Part shown: in pieces, positions 30,068 to 38,161 of the stretch | Layout of the letters: the number at the start of each line of letters is the position of its first letter | How positions within the stretch are numbered: the stretch's first letter is position 1 | DNA from: Candidatus Moraniibacteriota bacterium | Lineage (GTDB): Bacteria > Patescibacteriota > Minisyncoccia > Moranbacterales > UBA1568 | Direction: 5' to 3' | NCBI GenBank assembly: GCA_017983435.1 | Contig: JAGOBM010000004.1 | Span: 3,818 to 67,817 of the forward strand | DNA: 64,000 bases | Notes under the pieces: model-generated | Told to the model about the DNA's origin: nothing | Database searches by the model: none | What the model saw: only the letters and a program-made list of their open reading frames with translations | Position numbers and translations under genes: made by a program

Positions 30068-31342
30068 ATGGATACGGCACAGACGAGCAAGACGGAACAG
30101 GAGCGCGGTTTCAGACTTTTCAAACAGTTTTTCCTCTTTTTCGTTGTCCTGGCACTGATCGGGTTGGCTTTCTTCAGTGGGTATGAGCGCGGTCGCGGAT
30201 CACTCTCACTCGGCGATGACGCGGCGCTCTCTCCGGCCGATGCCATCATGCTCAACAAGAATCCCCGGTCGGAAGAAGTCGATTTTGCGCTGTTCTGGAA
30301 GGTCTGGGACATCCTCAAGGACAAGTTCGTCGACAAGTCGAAGCTCGATGCCAAGCAGATGCTCTACGGAGCGATCGACGGCATGCTCGCCTCGACCGGA
30401 GACCCATACACGACCTTCTTCGATCCCAAGGAGAATCAAGAGTTCCAGGAAGATATCTCCGGCAACTTCGAAGGCATCGGAGCGGAGATGGATATCAAGG
30501 ACGATATCCTGACCATCGTCGCACCGCTCGAGGACACACCGGCTGAGCGAGCTGGTCTCCTCGCGGGGGACAAGATCCTCAAGATCGACGGGGAGCCCAC
30601 GACGAATCTCGATATCGACGAAGCGGTGCATCGGATCCGCGGCAAGAAGGGGACGAGCGTGACGCTCAATATCTATCATGTCGGCGATGAGGAAGCTCAG
30701 GATATCGTCGTTCCACGGGATGTCATCCACGTGAAGAGTATCCGTTTTGAGATGAAGGATGACAACCGTGTCGCCTATATCCGTCTCAACCGTTTCGGCG
30801 AAGATACGGCGGTCGAGTTCGAGCGGGCGGTCCGCTCGGCGCTCGAAGCCAAGGCGAGCGGCCTGGTGCTCGATCTGCGCAACAACCCGGGCGGCCTGCT
30901 CGGGAGTGCGGTCGATATCGCGAGTTTCATGTTGCCAGACAGGATGGTCGTCGTCGTCGAGGAGAATGACAAGGGTGTGAAGCGCGAGCTCAAGACGACC
31001 GGAGGCGACGTGCTCTCAGGTGTACCGACAGCGATACTCATCAATGAGGGTAGTGCAAGCGCCTCAGAGATTCTCGCCGGAGCCCTGCGTGAGCAGCGCG
31101 ACAATGTCCGGCTCTTCGGCAAGAAGTCTTTTGGCAAGGGATCGGTCCAGGAGCTCGTCAGTGTGACTCGGGATGCCTCGGTCAAGATCACGGTCGCCAA
31201 GTGGCTGACTCCGAAGGGTAATCAGATCCACAAGGTCGGCATCGCTCCGGATGAGGAAGTCTCGCTGACCCGTGACAATGTCGCCGAGAAGCGCGATCCG
31301 CAGCTCGACAAGGCGATCGAATGGCTCGGGAGCGTCCGCTAG
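30068..31342 (+). CDS. ctpA: carboxy-terminal processing peptidase, S41 family (CtpA-like)
   Basis: N-terminal TM, PDZ segment (GLLAGDKILKIDGEPT), then VLDLRNNPGGLL and FGKKSFGKGSVQ (S41 Ser/Lys dyad region). Confidence 0.75.
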   Translation: MDTAQTSKTEQERGFRLFKQFFLFFVVLALIGLAFFSGYERGRGSLSLGDDAALSPADAIMLNKNPRSEEVDFALFWKVWDILKDKFVDKSKLDAKQMLYGAIDGMLASTGDPYTTFFDPKENQEFQEDISGNFEGIGAEMDIKDDILTIVAPLEDTPAERAGLLAGDKILKIDGEPTTNLDIDEAVHRIRGKKGTSVTLNIYHVGDEEAQDIVVPRDVIHVKSIRFEMKDDNRVAYIRLNRFGEDTAVEFERAVRSALEAKASGLVLDLRNNPGGLLGSAVDIASFMLPDRMVVVVEENDKGVKRELKTTGGDVLSGVPTAILINEGSASASEILAGALREQRDNVRLFGKKSFGKGSVQELVSVTRDASVKITVAKWLTPKGNQIHKVGIAPDEEVSLTRDNVAEKRDPQLDKAIEWLGSVR

Positions 31343-31467
31343 CCAGCCTTGCCAGGGAAGTCAAGCGCAGTAACGAGTTCTGACTCGTTTGGGCGTCCAG
31401 AGCTTGCTCTGGGATATATGCCTGTTATAATTATGAGTGCTCCGGTTAATCAGTAAGCGAAAATCAT

Positions 31468-31749
31468 ATGAAGAAACCGAATATCAAGCCGCTCGGAGAG
31501 AACGTGCTCATCCTGCCGGAACAGGCCGAAGAGAAGACCTCAGGAGGTATCTTCCTGCCGGACACCGCCCGCGAAGAGCGCCCGCAGCAGGGCCGCGTCA
31601 TCGCGATCGGCGATAGCGAGAAGATCAAAGTCTCTGTCAATCAGAAAGTAATCTACAACCGCTATGGCGGTACCGAAGTGAAGGCCAACAGCGAGGAATA
31701 CCTCCTCGTCGCCAGTAAGGATATCCTCGCCATCATTGAGGCAGCGTAG
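31468..31749 (+). CDS. groS: co-chaperonin GroES
   Basis: 93 aa. IKPLGENVLILPEQAEEKTSGGIFLPDTA...GRVIAIG matches GroES. No groEL follows. Confidence 0.85.
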   Translation: MKKPNIKPLGENVLILPEQAEEKTSGGIFLPDTAREERPQQGRVIAIGDSEKIKVSVNQKVIYNRYGGTEVKANSEEYLLVASKDILAIIEAA

Positions 31750-31783
31750 ATCCTACGAAGACGCAGACCTATTTGTGAAAAAA

Positions 31784-31806
31784 GAGGCCGACCTGGCCTC
31801 TTTTTC
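31784..31806 (+). terminator. intrinsic terminator after groES
   Basis: GAGGCCGACCTGGCCTC hairpin followed by T5. Confidence 0.65.
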
Positions 31807-31907
31807 GTATCCACCGAGAGGTGTCCGGTTGACTTTTCTGCTCGGATTCTCTATAAAAAAGAGTCCCAGTAGATGGGTATTTCTCAACGCAGGCAGAGGA
31901 GGGGATT

Positions 31908-32333
31908 ATGTTTTTTGACAAAGATACTTTTCAGAAGATCCTGGCGGCTCAATGTCTCAAGTTCGGTATCGAATCCGGTCAGGCATGGGAGCTCATGCCG
32001 CATGTCTTCGCCGCAGAGCTCCGCGCAAAAGGCGAATCGGATTGGACGACGGCTTTCTATTTCGACTCTCGCGAGCTGAAACGGCGCTGCCTATACGCGG
32101 ATATAGATCAGCTCGCGAAGCTTCTTGTACTGGCGGGGCTCATAGTGGGGTGTCCGTCTGAAGATCTAGATAACCCTATCCGTATAGCGTATTTTGTTAA
32201 TGATAGGGATCCTGTCGGACAAGATCCGAAAAATATCATCAATTACGCATCCCAGCTTTTCGTCAAACTGGATGATAGCGAGGTGGAGTGGCCCGATTCC
32301 GCCAAGCCCATTGAATTCGATCGAAGTCCTTGA
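31908..32333 (+). CDS. hypothetical protein
   Basis: 141-aa ORF. RBS-like gaggggatt precedes ATG. Confidence 0.4.
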   Translation: MFFDKDTFQKILAAQCLKFGIESGQAWELMPHVFAAELRAKGESDWTTAFYFDSRELKRRCLYADIDQLAKLLVLAGLIVGCPSEDLDNPIRIAYFVNDRDPVGQDPKNIINYASQLFVKLDDSEVEWPDSAKPIEFDRSP

Positions 32334-32349
32334 AAGGGAGAAATCAGTT

Positions 32350-32490
32350 ATGAGCACCGCCCAAATGCTGTACCTCGGGGCTATCGCCGCGGTCTGCCTG
32401 TTCTGCAAATACAGGATCGACCGGCAATACGCCTGGTATCGAAAGAATCGAGACGAAGAAAGAGCTTACTGGTCCGAAATCGGCATGTAG
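32350..32490 (+). CDS. small hydrophobic protein (46 aa), hypothetical
   Basis: Strong SD aaagggag 7 nt before ATG 32350. MSTAQMLYLGAIAAVCLFCKY TM helix. The longer track ORF 32194-32490 is unlikely. Confidence 0.35.
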   Translation: MSTAQMLYLGAIAAVCLFCKYRIDRQYAWYRKNRDEERAYWSEIGM

Positions 32491-32561
32491 GCCCGTCATC
32501 AACCCAAGCGCACGACCAATACCGGTACGGCGCTTTTTGTTTTGTGGTGTGGGCTTTTGCG

Positions 32562-32590
32562 TTGACTTTTCTATATATATGTGATATAAT
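32562..32590 (+). promoter_or_regulatory. consensus sigma70-type promoter (TTGACT-17-TATAAT)
   Basis: TTGACT at 32562-32567, exact 17-nt spacer, TATAAT at 32585-32590. Downstream SD aggaga and ATG at 32662. Confidence 0.6.
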
Positions 32591-32661
32591 GGAAAGTCCA
32601 TAACGGACACCGGTTAGCGGAATGCTAGCTCTTTACCAACTACGGAACGTAGGAGATTGCA

Positions 32662-33663
32662 ATGAACCCGAATGCACCCAAGAATCGCGAATTCATCAAG
32701 CGGTACCCTTTTCTCTCGGCTATCATCAATAGTGATATGGAGCCGTCGCCTATCTTTAGTCCAGTGAACGATCTCACCATCCACGTCAAAAAGGCTGATG
32801 GCGATCTGATGTTCAGGCAAGCCCACAATGTCGGTCTCGCTGGTGACTCGTCGTGCATCTTTCAACTCACGGACAAGCGCAAAGGACAGGTCATGCGGCG
32901 CGGCGAATACCTTTTCGCTGTCGATAGCAAGATGAATATCATCAATCGTGTAGATTGGCCCCGTAACGACGAGGAACGGAAAGTAACCGGGGAAATCTAT
33001 GGCCGTAAGGTGTTCTGGTCAAAGAAGACTTCTTTCACCAATGGGAGCCCGTGTTACACGGATCCGATTTTCGATACGACCGAGTATCTCGTCTGGCTTA
33101 CCGTCGAAGCATGGCATGCGGATACGGAGGACAATGGTGGACTGGGTAGCCGGTTCGGCAAGTTCATCGACCGCTCTGTCGATATCACGATCTACCGTAA
33201 GCCTGAACAGGGCTTCCGGGAGCTTGAGGAGGAATCTAGTGTCTACTCGAATCTTTCGCTAGACACCCGGCTGATGATGCGCGGCGCTCTCGAGAAGAAT
33301 CCTGATATCCTCATCATGAGCGGCATGCTGTACGAGATGTGCATCTTCTTTCAGGATGAAGTGTATTTCAACGGTATGAAGGCAATCCTCGACGAAGGGA
33401 CATTTCGCGGCGCATCCGGCCAGTTTGGTCCGGTCAAAGTGCTGTGTGCCGAAATGTGCGGGTATGACCGCATCATGCTTGAGGATGCCACGAGCTACGT
33501 AACCTTCCAGCTCCGTCCTGGGTCGAAGCACCTCTACGTGCTCGGACAGCAGGGGACGCTGCCTCGGATCCGCAATCTCGTACGGACCGTCGTAAAGATG
33601 TGGGGAGAAAACCCCGCATCGCGCGCTGCGTTCAAACCGGACGAGAACGTCTCTGTCTTGTAG
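32662..33663 (+). CDS. hypothetical protein (333 aa)
   Basis: Driven by the consensus promoter, with good SD. No recognisable motif. Confidence 0.5.
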   Translation: MNPNAPKNREFIKRYPFLSAIINSDMEPSPIFSPVNDLTIHVKKADGDLMFRQAHNVGLAGDSSCIFQLTDKRKGQVMRRGEYLFAVDSKMNIINRVDWPRNDEERKVTGEIYGRKVFWSKKTSFTNGSPCYTDPIFDTTEYLVWLTVEAWHADTEDNGGLGSRFGKFIDRSVDITIYRKPEQGFRELEEESSVYSNLSLDTRLMMRGALEKNPDILIMSGMLYEMCIFFQDEVYFNGMKAILDEGTFRGASGQFGPVKVLCAEMCGYDRIMLEDATSYVTFQLRPGSKHLYVLGQQGTLPRIRNLVRTVVKMWGENPASRAAFKPDENVSVL

Positions 33664-33713
33664 TAGGTCGCGCAAGCTGACCTACTCAGCCAAGAGTCGT
33701 CTCTAGTATCTTT

Positions 33714-33760
33714 CCCGCCATGCTCACATTGTGAGCCTCTGGCGGGTTTTATTTATTTTA
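33714..33760 (+). terminator. intrinsic terminator (nested hairpin + T-rich tract)
   Basis: CCCGCCA...TGGCGGG outer stem with inner GCTCACA/TGTGAGC stem, then ttttatttatttta. Confidence 0.55.
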
Positions 33761-33764
33761 TGAT

Positions 33765-34535
33765 TTGAAGTTTTTGTCGTCACGACATATTCTTAGAAAC
33801 TGGTATACTTATTGCATGAAAGAAACATTTTCTACAAAACTTCTTAAGAAGAGTCAAAGAGCACTCTTTATTGTTACGGGCATTACTGCTGTGGTAGGTA
33901 TTGTTTCGTTTTCTTATTCACTTTTTAATTTTGGTGATCTTAAAATCCCGAATGTTACAGCTGCTTTTGCTACTCTTTCACTTTTCTCATTATTTCTTGC
34001 TATTGGGCTTAATATTTTTTCTTACCTTGATCGATATGAAGAAAAGCTATTTCAGAATATTGAAAACAGCAAAAGAGGCATTGAGGGTGAAAGGCTAGCA
34101 AAAGAGCTAATATCCAAAACAGTTGGGACGAGCCATGGAGCATTCTTCAATAAAGATCTTCCTACGGGAGGTGACATAGATTGTCTTATCCTAGGCAAGA
34201 AAGGTCTGATTCTTATAGAAATCAAGAATTTCTCAAAACAAATAAGGTTGCCGTTGTTCTGGACCAAAGGCTTCGATGACCCTCGAAATGAAGCTAAGAG
34301 GCACGCCACGAGTCTTCTGGAGTACTTTGTTGAAAATGGTTATCGTAAACCGCTTAAGATTCGTAAAGCGGTTCTCTATATCAATAAAGAGGTAGTTTAC
34401 TGGGGTAAGCAGGAAGTTTTCAATATCAGGGGATTGGATCGATTCGCTCCATATTTCTTCAGCCTTCCTCTAGATAGTGCTATTACAGAACAGGATATAG
34501 CTGAGATTTCTTCGTTTATTGAAAAGTTGAAATAA
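33765..34535 (+). CDS. NERD (nuclease-related domain) protein with N-terminal TM anchor
   Basis: GGDIDCLILGKKGLILIEIKNFSK...LPLFWTKG matches the NERD signature. Region is AT-rich (~35% GC) versus ~59% in the flanks. Possible start at 33816. Confidence 0.55.
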   Translation: MKFLSSRHILRNWYTYCMKETFSTKLLKKSQRALFIVTGITAVVGIVSFSYSLFNFGDLKIPNVTAAFATLSLFSLFLAIGLNIFSYLDRYEEKLFQNIENSKRGIEGERLAKELISKTVGTSHGAFFNKDLPTGGDIDCLILGKKGLILIEIKNFSKQIRLPLFWTKGFDDPRNEAKRHATSLLEYFVENGYRKPLKIRKAVLYINKEVVYWGKQEVFNIRGLDRFAPYFFSLPLDSAITEQDIAEISSFIEKLK

Positions 34536-34539
34536 AGGT

Positions 34540-35202
34540 ATGTTTGATAAAGAATCTCTTTTCTCTGGGTTGCTGGCATTTTATTTTTTTTGGTTTATTT
34601 TTATTGGGCCCTTGGTCTTTTGGTATCTTTTTCGCAGGAAGCTTTTTTTCTATGCGTATTTCGTGGCGTTTATTTGGTGGTGTTATCTTTGGAGAATAGG
34701 TATTCCGTTGATACTTCTTAGTTTTTTGGGCGACAATATCTTTACCGATGTCATCATGTGGCTCTCCAGTTTTTTCACTAGCCTGTCAGTCCTGCTGGTT
34801 TTCATTCTGCTTATAATGGCTGTGAACTTCCTTTTGCAGGGAAAGATGCTGCAGATCGTAGGCATTCTTTTATTGCTTCCGGTGCTTTGGCTGTCTTCTA
34901 TGGAATCAAAATTTCTTTTTTACCCTCTTATAGATACCGCTCATTCGGAAAAATTTACCCTTAAAAAATTTAAAAGTATAAATCCTGGGATGACAAGAAG
35001 CGAAGTGGAGTACCTGATTGGCAAGCCTCATCCGAATGCTGGCGGATACTTTGCTGGTATGAATGGCTGTGAATCTCAAACAGGGGATAACGGATCGCTC
35101 GCTCAAAGCTTTGGACTGGACTTCGCCTGGCTCGACTCTGCAGTCTGTTATGATGAAAACGATAGAGTGACTGAAATCAAGATGGGGTATGTACCTGATT
35201 GA
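34540..35202 (+). CDS. polytopic membrane protein with C-terminal BamE/SmpA-OmlA-like domain
   Basis: 5-6 TM helices then KFKSINPGMTRSEVEYLIGKPHP (SmpA_OmlA-like). AT-rich like the preceding gene, 4-bp spacing (operon). Confidence 0.45.
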   Translation: MFDKESLFSGLLAFYFFWFIFIGPLVFWYLFRRKLFFYAYFVAFIWWCYLWRIGIPLILLSFLGDNIFTDVIMWLSSFFTSLSVLLVFILLIMAVNFLLQGKMLQIVGILLLLPVLWLSSMESKFLFYPLIDTAHSEKFTLKKFKSINPGMTRSEVEYLIGKPHPNAGGYFAGMNGCESQTGDNGSLAQSFGLDFAWLDSAVCYDENDRVTEIKMGYVPD

Positions 35203-35244
35203 AATTGAGAGTTATCAAGCGGTTCTCGTATACAACAAAAACCG

Positions 35245-35790
35245 ATGAATACATATATCATACTCATACGCGGGATCAATGTCGGCGGGAAGAACAAAAT
35301 ACCGATGGCAGGCCTGAGGCAATGCCTGGAGGGTCTCGGGTTCACCGATGTGGCGACCTATATCGCGAGCGGCAATGCTATGCTCCGCTCCGACCGCTCA
35401 GCCGATGAGGTAGCAGGCATGATCGAAGCGGCTCTGCCGAAGAGCTTCCAGCTCGATAGCGAGCTCGTCAGAGTTCTCGTACTCTCTCGAAAGGAGCTCC
35501 AGTCTGTCATCGACCGCAAGCCAGAGGGATTCGGCGAGCAGCCGGAGAAGTATCACAGCGATGTGATCTTTCTCATGGGTATCGATGCGGACCAGGCTTT
35601 GGCAGTCTTCCATCCGCGGGAGGGCGTCGATAGGGTATGGCCGGGCGAGGGCGTGATCTACTCGGAGCGTCTGAGCGCCTTGCGTACCAAGAGTCGGCTC
35701 AGTAGGATCGCCGGCACGCCAGAGTACCGATCCATGACCATCCGCAACTGGAATACGACGACTCGGCTGCTCGCTATGCTCGAGCAATAA
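35245..35790 (+). CDS. DUF1697 family protein
   Basis: MNTYIILIRGINVGGKNKIPMAGL is the DUF1697 N-terminal signature. GC-rich again. Confidence 0.6.
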   Translation: MNTYIILIRGINVGGKNKIPMAGLRQCLEGLGFTDVATYIASGNAMLRSDRSADEVAGMIEAALPKSFQLDSELVRVLVLSRKELQSVIDRKPEGFGEQPEKYHSDVIFLMGIDADQALAVFHPREGVDRVWPGEGVIYSERLSALRTKSRLSRIAGTPEYRSMTIRNWNTTTRLLAMLEQ

Positions 35791-35796
35791 TACGAA

Positions 35797-35828
35797 AAAC
35801 CATCCGGTACTTGGATGGTTTTTGTTTT
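35797..35828. terminator. bidirectional intrinsic terminator
   Basis: ACCATCC GGTACTT GGATGGT perfect 7-bp hairpin flanked by A5 and T4GT4. Confidence 0.7.
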
Positions 35829-35832
35829 GATC

Positions 35833-36663
35833 CTATTTCTCAAAAGTGAGGCCGGTTTTTTCGAGGTCGGCGGGGGTGGCGTCGATGACGCGGACCATGA
35901 AGAGATTGAGATCGGAGAGGCGGACACCGGCACGGAAAGCCTCATTGCCGCTCCTGCCGTAGATGATGATCATCGTGGAGCGCGGAAGCTCCTGGGCGCG
36001 GTTCTCGAGATCAGCGAGGGGGATATGGAGGGCTTGGCGGATATGGGAGGAGGCTCGGAATTCCGCATCGGTCCGGACATCGAGGAAGATGGCATCCGGA
36101 TTGCTCTCGAGGAAAGTCTTGATTTCTCCGAGTTTGAGATAGGTAACTTTGGACTGGTCGAGAAATGATCCGGGATTGCCGATCGCTATCGTCGGTCGGC
36201 CGCTTCCGACCCAGCCCTCGAATCCTCCGGCCAGGAAGAGATGCTCACCGCCGGAATGCTTGAGTATCTTGTCGGCTTCCGGGAGCAGTCCGCTCTGCGA
36301 GGCGGCAGAGATGACGATGGTCGTCTTGTCTTCCTCGGGGTCATAGCCTGCGAGAGCCGAAAAATCGATCGGGCGCGATCGGGGCACGTGGAGCTGTTCG
36401 AAATCACCCGCAGGCCGGATATCGATGAAGACGATATTCCGGTCGCGTTCTGAGCGGGACCAGGCATCATGGGCGGTGATGTAGGAGAGATCGGCAGCAT
36501 CGGTACTGTCTGCCTCCTCGGTCGCTGTCGTCGGTGACGCATCGTCGACCTCGCTCCGGAAGAAGCGCTTGCTCGCAAAAAAGATACCGACACAGAGGAT
36601 GCCGATGAGTCCGATGAAGAGCACGGTGCTATCTTGGCGGCGGCGCGAGCGTGAGTCGGCCAT
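35833..36663 (-). CDS. membrane-anchored tandem rhodanese-homology-domain protein, both domains lacking the catalytic Cys
   Basis: Two RHOD-like domains (NIVFIDIRPAGDFEQLHVP ... and AIFLDVRTDAEFRASSHIRQALHIP ...). Active-site loop positions read VISAASQSG and IIYGRSGNEA instead of CxxGxR. Confidence 0.55.
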   Translation of the reverse strand: MADSRSRRRQDSTVLFIGLIGILCVGIFFASKRFFRSEVDDASPTTATEEADSTDAADLSYITAHDAWSRSERDRNIVFIDIRPAGDFEQLHVPRSRPIDFSALAGYDPEEDKTTIVISAASQSGLLPEADKILKHSGGEHLFLAGGFEGWVGSGRPTIAIGNPGSFLDQSKVTYLKLGEIKTFLESNPDAIFLDVRTDAEFRASSHIRQALHIPLADLENRAQELPRSTMIIIYGRSGNEAFRAGVRLSDLNLFMVRVIDATPADLEKTGLTFEK

Positions 36664-36675
36664 AGCGAGGGAAGA

Positions 36676-37689
36676 TTACTGGAGGGAGCTACCGATGAAA
36701 TTCTTGTAGCCGTTGACGAAGGCTTTGATGTCGGTACGCTCCTTGCCTTCGAGCTGGACTTCTTCGAGGATGATGACGCCGGTCGTCGTCTGGACGCCGA
36801 TGGCCTCGCCGATTTCGAAGACTTCTCCGAGAGCATGCTTGATCTGCGGGGATTGCTTGAGATGGGAGACGGTGATGAGTTTCAGCCGGAGCGGCGATTC
36901 CTCATGCTTCCAGTAGGTGAAGATACCGGGCCACGGAGTGAGCGCGCGGTAGCGGTCGTAGATCGTCTGCGAGTCGGCATCCCAGAAGACGCGGCCGTCC
37001 TCACGGTCAATGAGCTGGCAGAGCGTCGCCTGAGCATCATCCTGCTTTTCTGGGGTGATCCGGCGTTCGACGAAATCTGGCAGGATACGGCGGAGCAGCT
37101 CAGAGCCGAGCGCCGCGAGACGGATCTCGAGATCGGGTCGGGTCTCATCGAGTTCGATAGCGGTGCTCTCCTTGGCGATGATGTCTCCAGTGTCCATGCC
37201 GGCATCCATGAGCATGATGGTGACGCCGGTCTCGGTCTCTCCGGAGAGCAGGGTGTTGTGTATCGGTGATGACCCGCGCCACTTGGGCAGGAGCGAAGCG
37301 TGCACGTTGACGCAGCCGAATCCGGGTACGCGAAGCAGGGTCTCCGGCAGGATGCGGCCATAGGCAGCGACGATGATGAGGTCCGGCTTCCAGTCCTTGA
37401 TAGCATCGATAGTCGTCTCATCGATCTTCTCGGGCTGCAGGAGCGGCAGGGTGTGCTCAGTAGCGATTTCCTTGACGCGGCTTGCTGTGAGCTCCTGCTT
37501 GCGGCCGGCCGGCTTGTCGGGCTGGGTGACGACGCCGACGATGTTGTAGTGGTGCTCGAGCAGGTCGGCGAGTATGGTCCCGGCGAACTGCGGGGTCCCC
37601 ATGAAGACGACGCGGACTTTCGGAGTCTCGTGCTCGACGGTGATATTAATCTTCTCTGCCAGGTCCTGATTATTCGACGATGCGTCCAT
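36676..37689 (-). CDS. fmt: methionyl-tRNA formyltransferase
   Basis: VVFMGTPQFAGTILADLL..., NVHASLLPKWRGSSPIHNTLLSGETETGVTIMLMDAGMDTGDII (Fmt SLLP motif). Start taken at Met46 of the track ORF. Overlaps def by 20 nt as is typical. Confidence 0.85.
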   Translation of the reverse strand: MDASSNNQDLAEKINITVEHETPKVRVVFMGTPQFAGTILADLLEHHYNIVGVVTQPDKPAGRKQELTASRVKEIATEHTLPLLQPEKIDETTIDAIKDWKPDLIIVAAYGRILPETLLRVPGFGCVNVHASLLPKWRGSSPIHNTLLSGETETGVTIMLMDAGMDTGDIIAKESTAIELDETRPDLEIRLAALGSELLRRILPDFVERRITPEKQDDAQATLCQLIDREDGRVFWDADSQTIYDRYRALTPWPGIFTYWKHEESPLRLKLITVSHLKQSPQIKHALGEVFEIGEAIGVQTTTGVIILEEVQLEGKERTDIKAFVNGYKNFIGSSLQ

Positions 37690-38161
37690 ATATTTTTCCG
37701 TGTTTAATTTTCTGTTTACGATAGCGGGTGCAGATGAGGATGCCGTCGAGGTGATCGATCTCATGCTGGAGGACGATGGCGAGCAGGCCGTCGGCGCGGA
37801 CACGCTTGGGCAGTCCCTTTTCATTGATATATTTTACCGTAATTTCCTCATGCCGTTCAATCGGGAAGAATTGCCCGGGGAGACTGAGGCAGCCTTCTTC
37901 AAAGAGGATCTTGTCCTGCGAGCGGCGGGTGATCTCGGGGTTGATGTACTTGCCGACGACGCCGTCGACTTCGACGACGCAGATGCGTTCCGAGATGCCG
38001 ATCTGCGGCGCGGCCAGCCCGACTCCTTCGGCGCGGCGCATGATGACGACCATCTCGTCGAGGAGCTCCTTGGTTTCTGTCGGGAATGGCACAACGACCG
38101 GAGCCGCCTTGCGGTTCAGGACTTCTGTTTTTTCGCCAGTAACGATTTCGAAGTGTTTCAT
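37670..38161 (-). CDS. def: peptide deformylase
   Basis: GVGLAAPQIG, EGCLSLPG and QHEIDHLDG motifs. Start at MKHFEIV (Met57 of track ORF). Confidence 0.85.
   Translation of the reverse strand: MKHFEIVTGEKTEVLNRKAAPVVVPFPTETKELLDEMVVIMRRAEGVGLAAPQIGISERICVVEVDGVVGKYINPEITRRSQDKILFEEGCLSLPGQFFPIERHEEITVKYINEKGLPKRVRADGLLAIVLQHEIDHLDGILICTRYRKQKIKHGKIYGRIVE

Noticed and set aside
29014-30354. 446-aa minus-strand ORF
   Set aside because: Antisense to the GT2 and S41 peptidase genes, both of which have clear family motifs.
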